A stretch of DNA of 64,000 bases, taken from NCBI RefSeq assembly GCF_006345805.1, contig NC_043011.1:19418464-19482463 (forward strand), in the 5' to 3' direction. Position numbers and translations under genes: made by a program. Positions 53,275-64,000 of this stretch are shown piece after piece (positions within the stretch are counted from its first letter, which is position 1; each line of letters starts with the position of its first letter). Under the pieces are notes generated by a model that had not been told where the DNA came from, searched no databases, and was given only the letters and a program-made list of their open reading frames with translations. The DNA is from Octopus sinensis (lineage: Eukaryota).

Positions 53275-53899
53275 TCACACACCTGCGTGCACGCATCTAT
53301 GCCAAGATATTGTGTTTCATCATAAAGAAAATATGTCTGCAAAACAGTTGCTTTTCTATTGATAATTTTTCTGTTATAGTTTGTTTTTTCATTAAAAGTT
53401 TTCTGTAAATAAATATGATTTTTTAAAAATAATATTCCGAAATAAAATTGAAGAATGTTAATAAGCTAAGATCTATTTTCTCTGAATATCGATAGGATGA
53501 AAGAGCCATATTTCATTTTCAATGACCGTATTCTTATATCTTGGGAAATATTCTTATATATGTTCTGTAGTTAACAAATCGATCGATCTATTATCTTCCC
53601 TTGCTTGTGATATTCAATTCATGTGACTTATACTCTTTTAACGCCGTATTTGCATATCGTTTTACCCAGAATTTCCCTAATATTTTGGGTATGTTTGAAA
53701 TGTAAACGGAAATTTTCTCCGTCTGATTCAACGTGTGTGTATATGTATATGTATATATATATGTAAATATATATATATATATATAAATAGATGTGTGTAT
53801 TTTTACCTTGTTAACAATTAACACGGAAAAATAAATAGTTACCATTTATTTATTCATATATACATATATAGATATACGTATATACCTATATATATATAT

Positions 53900-54030
53900 A
53901 CTATCAGTAAGCCAGGCGTTGCCAGGGATTATGTTAAGATTTTTAAGTGATCAAGCGCTTTATTTCAAACCAAAATAAGTGACACCGGTATCAAATATGA
54001 GCGAAATCCATTGAAATTATTAAACTTTTG
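53900..54030 (-). mobile_element. Degenerate Helitron-like 3' end
   Basis: Minus strand CCCTGGCAACGCCTGGCTTACTGATAGT resembles the 49630-49658 terminus. Confidence 0.45.
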
Positions 54031-54541
54031 GCTGAAAATGGGTTGCAGCGAATTTGATTGGAAAATCCCACAATGAATCGGAAGCATGGTCTCACCGTGA
54101 ACTGTGATCTGCGGAAGTTAAACGGCATGTGTGACCCCGAGGAATAAAGCTGCATCCTTAAAATGAAAACATTTCCACCATCCCGCACCCTGTAACAATT
54201 GTGGTCTCAATCAAGTGGGGCGTCATGGACTTGATTACTAAGCGGGTCCCATGACACAGTTTTGATGGAAGCAAGTTTCTGATTAGCATAATTGGGCATC
54301 CAACCCCGAGTCTAAGAATGTGAGGTAGAAGCCCTGTTGACCAATGGTACAGACGTGCTATTAAAAGCAGGTAGCACGCATGTTTGTGCTTAGGTTTAAG
54401 GTCTTAATCTGGGGTCACACCATGTATGACGTAAAGTATGCGCGCAGTTCATCAGCCCGTATATGTATATGTATAAGTATATGTATATAAATATATATAT
54501 ATATATGTATGTATGTATATTTACACATACATATGTGTATG

Positions 54542-54601
<60 letters not shown>

Positions 54602-54678
54602 ACACACACACACACGCATACACACACACACATATATATATATTATATATATATATATATAATATATATATATATATA

Positions 54679-54798
54679 TTGGCCTGTTCGCTTAGCCAGC
54701 GGGGTGGCGTAACTTGATGGCTAAAACAATACGAAGCGCATTGTGACCAGCGATTTGTAACAACAACTGATAGCCTGGTCGGTCACGTGTGACGTGAT
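54679..54798 (+). mobile_element. 5'-truncated SINE tail of the 39688 family, in (TA)n
   Basis: GGCCTG.TCGCTTAGCCAGCGG..GGTCGGTCACGTG. Confidence 0.8.
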
Positions 54799-54867
54799 AT
54801 ATATATATATTATATAATATATATATATATATATATAATATATATTATATATATACATATATATATA

Positions 54868-55395
54868 AATTAACAGAATGAGATAAAAAATCCAAGGCTG
54901 TAAATAGTTTTCAGAGCATTTATAAAGAAAAGGTCTTACATTTTTTCCGGGATATTTTATATATCCCTCCATTAGAGACGGAGCGAGAAAATATTTGAGT
55001 ATTAATTATTGTAGAAAAGACATGAAGTTGAGAGGGAAGTAAAAGAATGAAAATAGAGGGGAGGTACATATGAATATTGTAGTTGCAGTTCCATTATTCA
55101 AGTAGAAAGGTGTTTGTAAGTCGTGAAGTAGTTTGCTGCACCTCTTTTTTAACTCCATCCCTTTTCTTTCTCCCATTCTGTTCCTGCTTTTGATTTGAGC
55201 AATCTCCTCTTTCTAATCATACACATCTCTCCTCCCTCCATCTATCCATTAATATTGCAAACACACTCCCAAATTTTATTCACATCAAACCCTCCACCTC
55301 AATCGAACAACACCATTTACAAGGCTCTATGCTTGGAATGACCATACATAACTAACAATGGAACAAACACACACGGTGCAGCAAACTACTACACG
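54868..55395 (-). mobile_element. Probable PLE terminus with a degenerate hammerhead-like motif and a 21-bp inverted repeat
   Basis: Minus strand GTCT-CTAATGGA-GGGATAT/ATATCCC-GGAAAAAATGTA-AGAC at 54933-54979. IR at 55122-55142 / 55375-55395. Confidence 0.5.
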
Positions 55396-55425
55396 GCGTA
55401 TATACATATATATATATCTATATAT

Positions 55426-55479
<54 letters not shown>

Positions 55480-57369
55480 TGTTCTAATACTAATACAATT
55501 GTTCGTTTGTTTTCCACCTGCCTTCGTCTTTTGTTTATTTTCATAAAGCTTCCCGTTATATATATATATATACATATATATAATAATTACTGATATACGG
55601 TGAAATATATTTAATTTGATAAAATCAACAAATTTCACCTAGTAGTATTTCGGTATGGAAAAGGATCATATTTGGTAAAAACTTATATAATTATAACAAT
55701 AAGGGTTTTTTGCAACAAGTTGATTAACCACATACCGAAAATTTTAGAAATAGCAGCCAAAGGACTACCAATTCCTTTTACTACATGCAAATCCCTACTG
55801 TCTGAATAATGTGCCAAAATAAATAGAAGTAATATTTATATCGAGTAGTACATTGTATCAGAACCTATGATAGTTTTGTGTATGGAGAGTATGGAGAATA
55901 TCATGGTGTAAAATAACAAAGTTTGTAAGAGATAACTGATATAATAATTGATGTACATCGCATAATTATCAGAATGCGTCGAGGTTGCAGAATCGTTCAC
56001 ACGCCTGAATCAAAGCTGAGCAGCATTACAGCGGTCTTTACGTTCTGAGTTCAAATTATGTAGAGATCGCCTTCCCCGTACATGCTCTTGGTGTTGATAA
56101 TATAAAGACCCAATTGTGGTTTAGGGGTCGATGTAATCGACTAGAACCCATCTCCCTCAATATTTGAAGTCTTTCTTCTATAGTAGAAAACATTATGTAC
56201 AAAATGTTTCATTTTTCAAAACGCTTATTTTCATTTTGTGCTTTTACGCTTAAATCCACGATGCTATGGTTATATTCAATGCTTCGTTTGTCAATTTATT
56301 AATGACATGCTACAAAATCTGTTCAGTATCTGTCAGTACGTTTTCTGTTTGCTCTTGACGTTTAGTTATTTGTTATATATTTCTCCATCGAATCCCCATC
56401 ATCTCCAACGGATATATTATGATGGGATTGCCCCTCTCTTTACAATCACCTAGTTCTTTTGTTCCCTATTTGTAGGTCATAACATTCGAAAATTTTTCCC
56501 GTGTGGTTTGCAGATATTTTATGCTAGATATAGCATTCTGTTAAGAAGACATGTCTTTGGCAAAATTAACACTGTACTAGCTCTGTCTTACATATGTTAG
56601 AGTCGATAAATTAAGTACCATTTGGGGTGGATGAAACCAACTGTCTCCTCCCCCAAATTTCGGGCCTTGTGCCTAGAGTAGAAAAGAGTATTATTATTTT
56701 GACCTTGGTTTATACCATCTCACTTTTGTCAAAATACTTTTCCCTTAATCACTTTCCTAGCACTGTGGTTTATACGTTATTTGCCATGTAGAGGTATTTC
56801 TTGCTTTTACTTTGCCGTGGAATTCTTCAGGCCCCTGTTTTACTGAGGATTGAAGTTTTTAACAATTTCTTTACTTTGTCCTTCTTAAGAACTTGGAATA
56901 TTTTCTCGCTTTACTAGGAAATGAACGAGTTTTTGTTGTTGCCTACATACGGCTGTACTTATTTGCCATTGCCGATCATAGGATATGTTTGTTACGAGAT
57001 AATATTTTCTAAGAGTATGCTGGCAAATATAGATTGATTCCTTTATCGAATCTCGTGTTCATATTTTAAATAGTCAGTACTTTACTTCATTTTCTTGTCT
57101 ACCATTGGTCATTTAGCGTGTTATTTTACTTTGCAATTAGTGAGAATATAGCAAATATAGCTTCTTTCTAGTAAAGTAGCATTAATTAATGATGCATATT
57201 ATCTTATTAAGCCTGCTATAGTTATTAATCCTATGTGCCTAAAATTTGTCCCCTGACTGTTCTTTCATTTGTGAGTGATGTGATGTTAATAACTAAACGT
57301 AACATCAGTTCATTAATTTTTGTGTTTTTCTAATCCTATCTTCACTTGTTATTAGTTTCTTGTTTTTAT

Positions 57370-57705
57370 TTATGTAGCTTGTCCTCCTCCTTCTTCATCA
57401 CCTTATTTTCTCCTTCTCCTCATTCGCCGTCTTCTTCTTTTTATCATCATCATCACCATCATCCCCATCTTTCTTCCTCCTCTTCTTCTTATTCTTCTTC
57501 CTCCCCTTCAACTCATTATTTTTCTCCTTCTCCTACTTACCTCTTCTTCTCCTCCTCCTCCCCCTCCTCCTCCTCCTTCCTCTGCTTTTCATCGTCATCT
57601 ACATCATCATCACCATCATCATCATCTTTCTTCTATTTCTTCTTCTTTCCTTCTTGTTTTTCTTCATTCTCCACATCATCGTCTTTTTCTTCCTTTTCGT
57701 CTTCG
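57370..57705. repeat. (TCT/TCC/TCA)n low-complexity tract
   Basis: Direct reading; source of the Ser-rich ORF 57346-57879. Confidence 0.9.
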
Positions 57706-57990
57706 GCAGAACTGTTAACACGCCAGACTAAATGTTTCGCGGCATTTAACCGCCCTTATATTATGAGTTTAAATTCCACCACTCTCGATTTTGCCTCTCG
57801 TCTTTTCGAATTCGGTGAAATGACTACGAGCTGCACACTGGTACTCATTTGGGTATACATATTCACAAGCTCTGTTTAGATGCGTAAAGTATGTTTTTGA
57901 AGTTATTAGCAACTGACTAGCACATTTGTGAAATCTCAGTTTTTCACTGACAACATTTTCCTGATGAATACGAAATTTGCAAATATTTAG

Positions 57991-58115
57991 AAAGAACTTC
58001 AATCAACATGAAAGCAGTTGGCGATGGAGACAGTGAACATCTGAGAAATGACGTATATATACATTATGATAATATTAATGCAGAGCGTGCGGAGGAAATT
58101 CAATTGCCACAGTAA
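57991..58115 (+). CDS. Weak candidate terminal coding exon
   Basis: tttAG|(x)RTSINMKAVGDGDSEHLRNDVYIHYDNINAERAEEIQLPQ*, or a donor CA|GTAAGC at 58112. The acceptor is poor. Confidence 0.2.
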
Positions 58116-60502
58116 GCCGTGTGAAAGTAATAATGCGAGATATTTAGCATGTGTACACCTGAGTATCTAGTACACAGCTGTTTTTTTTCTTTGTTATATG
58201 TTGTCGTTTTTCTTTTTGCTTATTATACCTCTTGTTCTTTAGTAGCAGACAAGATAGTTTATTATTAAAGGCTTTGCAGCCGTAATATTCTGTGAACAAC
58301 TATCACATTTATAATTCACCATCCATATTTGAGATGCGGGGAATGATTTACAAGGATTTAGGCGAGATTTTATGCTGGTTGAGGAAGAATTCGGAAGCTT
58401 TCTAGATGGCCATTAACTATGTTTGCCAATAAAGTTTCGTAGTTTTCATATTGTTGTAGCAAGTTGCTATCATATCTGTTAATATTGACAAGAAGTAAAT
58501 AGCAGTTACTAGTTCCTGGTGTCAATGGTACATTGACTCGTGATATGTCTTAGAGATGTTGCTTTCAGTTTTCTATCTATATATCTGGGAAGCATGGCGG
58601 TGAGCTTGCAGATACGTTATCACGCCGGGCGAAATGCATAGCTGTATTTTGTCTGTCTTTACGTTCTGAATTCAAAGTTCCCCGAGGTCGACTTTGCCTT
58701 TCATCATTTCGGGAACGATGAATTAAGTACCAGTAGTGTACTGGGGTCAATATAATCGACTGGGACCCTCTCCCAAAAATATTGGACCTTTTGCCTATAT
58801 TTGAAATGTATATATAGGGGAGGCTTGTAACAAACACTATTAAAATACCGAATGTTATTTTTGTCTAGCCCATTCTATTTTCTCTCAGATCCCGTATTTA
58901 TCTGATTCTTTTATTGTTGTTTGGTATCCATTTCTTTCGCGTAATTTAAGCATCATACCTAAAAACTCATATTGTTTTCTGACTTATTTTTCATGGATAA
59001 AATTGCCTTGCATTTATCTTCTATGCACATTACAAATGTTTGACGTATGCAGGGAAGATATTTCAACAAGAATAAGCTGCTACTGCCAGTAAATCTTGTG
59101 ATAATTTACAAGATGCAAAATGTTGTTGATGTACATATTGTTTTTCTTCTATCATCAATAACCGAATATATATGTGATCAATGACATTCTATGTACAGAA
59201 ACAAAACAGATTATTTTTTCCCACTTTCATTATATATGTATAGCTCATGCAAGTATCATTTCCCCTTGAAGGGAACTGAGTAGTTATAGGAGAGATTTGT
59301 CTCCTATTACGAGCAGATGAATCGACTGCATAAAATTCTTTCTTGTAGTTACGTTATTGTATATATCTGGAAATGTGTAGAATTAAAATATTTTGCTAAA
59401 TGAAGTATGTGTGATGCAATATATATTACTTTACTACCCACAGGGTGCCAAACACAGAGGAGACAAACAAGGACAGACAAACGGATTAAGTCGATTACAT
59501 CTACCCCAGTGCGTGACTGGTACTTAATGTATCGACCCCGAAAGGATGAAAGGCAAAGCCGACCTTGGCGGAATTTGAACTCAGAACGTAACGGCAGACG
59601 AAATACGGCTACACATTTCGCCCGGCGTGCTAACGTTTCTGCCAGCTCACCGACCTAGTGTGATGTAATATTTAAATTCCGAATGATACCAACAACAACT
59701 TCAAATTGTTGACTGCAAAAGCAATACCAACTAGTGGTTGAATGAGATATATTCTTTTATTCTTTGGATTCTTTTATTTGTTATTCTTTTAATTGTTTCA
59801 GTCATTTGACTACGGTCACACTAGAGCACCGCTTAGTAAGCCTCGTACTTATTCTATCGCCTTTTTACCGAACAGCTATCTTACGTAGACATATATACTC
59901 CAGTATCGGTTAAGTTTAGAAATAAAATATCTTTCGGTCATTAATAATAATTTGCGATTATGGATTCGATGCAATTTATGGGGTTATATTTCTAGCCTGG
60001 TTTTTCAGAAATATTACTAGAGATTCGTGCATAAAAAGTAAACAAGATCTAAACTTTACATTGATTATAATATATTCAAATTGACTGTGCCGGTGAGCAA
60101 GCTGAATCCGTAGCACGCCGGGTAAAACGCATAGCGGCATTTCGTCGGTCTTTACGTTCTGAATTTTATTTTCCGCTGACGCTAACTTTGCCTTTTATCT
60201 TATCGGTGTCGATAAACCAAGTAGCAGTTGAGTACTGGAGTTGACTTAACCTCTCTATCAAAATTCATGGCCTTCAACCAAAATTTGAAACCAATATAAA
60301 TTGATAGACTAAGGTGTCGTGCTGACAGAATCATTAGCATGCCGAGGAAAATGCATTGCAGAAATTTGTCGTTACGTTCTCAGATGAAATTCCGCCGAGA
60401 TCGGCTTTGCTTTTATTCTTTCGCGGACGCTAAAATATGTTCCGGTTGAACATTGGGGTAAATGTCACGGACTTACAACCTCCCTGAAATTGCGGTCCTT
60501 AT

Positions 60503-60695
60503 GACATCATAGTCAGAATGGTCAATGGCAAGAGAGGAATAGGCCTACCAAGAACCCGCTGGCTTGACACCATCAAGAGTGATACCGGAATGGACATAGC
60601 CAATCTGAAAGAAGCGGCCCAGGATAGAACTGACTGGAGGACACTGATTCAACGAGTGACCGAGAGTCGACTTCGACTGAGCGAATAGAGAGAGA
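60503..60695 (+). mobile_element. RTE-clade LINE extreme 3' fragment inserted in a SINE tail
   Basis: MVNGKRGIGLPRTRWLDTIKSDTG..LKEAAQDRTDWRTLIQRVTESRLRLSE*. ATGACA occurs on both sides (60501-60506, 60695-60700). Confidence 0.8.
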
Positions 60696-60784
60696 TGACA
60701 AAATTCGAAATCAACTAAAATAAATAGACTCAATGAAACATTAGATGCAACTTTGGAAAACGCTTCTTCATTGTTACTACAATT

Positions 60785-60980
60785 ACTCTTTTACTTGTTT
60801 CAGTCATTTGACTGTGGCCATCCTGGAGCAACGCCTATAGACGACGAAATCGACCCCATAACTTATTTTTTGTGAGCCTAGTACTTATTCTATCGGTCTC
60901 ATTTGCCGAACCACTATGTTACTGGGACGTAAAAACACTAGCATCGATTGTCAAGCGATGTTTGGGGGGACACAAATACG

Positions 60981-61028
<48 letters not shown>

Positions 61029-61192
61029 AATACGACGGGCTTCTTTCAGTTTCCGTCTACCAAATCAACTTACAAGGCTTTGGTCGGCCCGAGGCTAAAG
61101 TAGAAGAAACTTGCCCAAGGTGCTATGTAGTGGGACTGAATCCGGAATCATGTGGTTGGTAAACAAGCTACTTATCACACAGCCACTTCTTC
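60785..61192 (-). mobile_element. Full-length SINE of the 6077 family
   Basis: Colinear with 6077-6480. A 3' fragment of the same family lies at 59765-59915. Confidence 0.85.
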
Positions 61193-61931
61193 GCCTAATT
61201 ATCAAGTATAAATATAAAATATTAAAACATAAACAATATTCTTCTCACTTTCAGCGTTTCATGTTTACAGAAACCTTATATGATTGTTCTTGTGTCATAA
61301 CAAAGAACACAGTATTTATGCGGCGATGAATTCTATTATATCCAATTGAAACTGGATTTGAATCGATAAAACTCATTTCTTTTCTGGTTATTGAAACCCA
61401 ATCATGGACAAATTCACACATTATGAACAATATGAGAGTTCATTGTTACATTTATGTATACGTTATTTAAACTGATTTCACATGAACGCCATGGAAATTA
61501 GCCAATACGTGTACACATAATATAAAAAAAACCCAGCAAATGCAGATAAACAGCAAAAAACACGTTATGGTCTTCAATCACCACAAAGCGATATAAATGC
61601 ATAAATATAACAAGTATGATTTTGTAGATATACAAATTGAAAAGACATGCCTTGGAATGATACGGCTTAAGAGCAATTTCACATGTAGATACAGACAATA
61701 CGCACAACCGTAGTCACATACTCACATCAGTAGATCATCACACAAGCATACACACGAATGTGAAATTTATATATATATACATTTACATGTGTTTGTGTGT
61801 GTATGTATGTGAGTAAGTATGTATATACACATATACTCTTAAATGTCTATATACAGAGAGATAACTAGATAGATAGATCTACAGAAACTTACATACACAC
61901 ACACAAATGAATATTTATATATATATATATT

Positions 61932-61975
<44 letters not shown>

Positions 61976-62000
61976 TACACATATATAAATATATATATAA

Positions 62001-62065
<65 letters not shown>

Positions 62066-62550
62066 TACATCCGTGTGTGCATGCATGTATGTAGATATTA
62101 TGTTTGTATGATAGCGTATATTTTGTATATTAGTCATTTCTTTCCAAATGTATTAGAACAAAATGTGATAAATTTGTTCTATTGCCATTGGTTAATTTTT
62201 ATAGGATATTGAAATGTTATAAGAGAAAGTAAATGTTTCATATTGAAAATATAATACATGATTCATCTACTGATTTTACGGCTACTACTACATCTACTAC
62301 TACGACGACGACAACATAACACCAACAACAACATCGCCACTACTACTACTACATTGGAATATATTACCATATTTCCCAATATCATTCTTATCACCATGAA
62401 TAATAGCCATCATGTCAATTATGTGAAAACGTTTAAAACCGCACATACTTATGTACTAGCTAATACATGCATGGACAGCTACACTTGCACATATGTAAGA
62501 ACGGGCGTCACCTGCTGATGCATTTGGGCGTGTATTTCAGTGTCCATACG

Positions 62551-62601
<51 letters not shown>

Positions 62602-64000
62602 ATGTGTGTGTATGTGTGTATGTGTGTATGTTTGTGTGTGTGTGTGTGTGTTTGTGTGTCTGTGTATGTATGTATCTTTGTACACATAGATAAAATATAT
62701 GTACCAATCTAAATTCTTTCTCTATCATTTAAGATCTGTAAGATCTGCATCATCTCTGAATATTCGAACAGAAATCCTGAAAAAAAATTATAAGCGCATC
62801 AATATGACAATAAGCAACAAAATATAAATGTATTTTGTGTCATCACCAGTCCAATCACGTTATAAATGCTGCTTTGCTATATATTTGAATGGGTAGTACA
62901 TAACAGGGTGCATAAAACATTAGATATAGTCTTAATGCATAATTAGTTATGATCTAAAAGAAATAATTTGTAACTCTAAATGTTTGAATATGAAAAGATA
63001 TCGCTGAATGCGTGAAGCTAAACTTATAATAGTATCATTTCATGTATATTATGGTAATAAAGTATAATTTATAAACGGCTATTAAATTATACGAAAAATA
63101 TAAAATTTCACGAAATTGTATTCAACATTAATGCTTTATTATTTATCATATTGATTTCTACAGCTCTACTTTTGCATTGCCCATGTTCTTCTAACTGTCG
63201 TTCAGCTGATCCGCGTTCAGATTCACATACAGGTGTAACTTACAACTATATAGTTTCTATAATCATAGGCTGTATAACTGGTCCTTTAGAATTTGTTTCA
63301 GAATTGCAGGCGACCTAATTGGAAATACGATCGTGGCTAATAAGACAGTTGGCAAACACCAGATATAATAGCGACCCTATGAGTTTTACAGGTAGATAGA
63401 TCATTTATGAGTTCACGTAAAACAATATTGGAGAATATTTCGATTGCTTTGTGGTAGATTTTGTAGGACATTTTAAAAATTAGTTGACGATAACTTGTTT
63501 CGTTTGACTAACTGATTTGACATAATATACGTAAAAAAATATGACGACACCAGTTGAAAGGCATACAATAATAGCCATAATATAGAATGTTGTACTATGT
63601 ACTACGAAGCAAACTACGCATGGATATATATTTTCTGAGTAATCAAAGAGTATCTTGTTCTAATTAGAGTTTAAATGTTAAATATAGACTTATATATCAA
63701 CGGAATTTCAACGCATATAGGAGAGCGAGATAGTGTAGTTAGTTTCAGTTTGCCTAGACTGTCACACAATATATTATATGATTCATCAATGCATAATGAA
63801 GCGTGCAGTGGATTCACCGGTTTGCAGAGACATGGTATGTCTTCGAACATGAATATATATATCGCACACCGTTATTTAATATAACATAAAATAATTCGAT
63901 CCGGGCTGACCTGTTGCGACAGAGCATCAAAACATATATTAAAATTACGGTGAACAGATTACAAAGTGACTATAAAAGAATCATGACACAAAAATCATGA

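Noticed and set aside
57346-57879. 177-aa Ser/His-rich ORF
   Set aside because: Trinucleotide low-complexity tract running into a SINE.

Overview
This is AT-rich, microsatellite-dense eukaryotic DNA that looks intronic or intergenic. The SINE and repeat content resembles an octopod cephalopod (inference; no database search was run). No complete protein-coding gene is evident, only a few candidate small exons. The window is mostly mobile-element debris: tRNA-derived SINEs, R4/Dong-like, CR1-like and RTE LINE remnants, Tc1/mariner elements, non-autonomous Helitrons and many Penelope-like element (PLE) ends. Many of these sit inside (TA)n tracts. The best finding is a 353-bp head-to-tail array at 40048-40956 (about 2.6 near-identical units). 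Its two internal junctions each carry a complete type I hammerhead ribozyme, the architecture of a non-LTR retrozyme. It is predicted to release a 353-nt RNA (40433-40785) that could circularise. Several PLE ends also carry degenerate or variant hammerhead-like motifs and show a recurring inverted-repeat-plus-tail layout.
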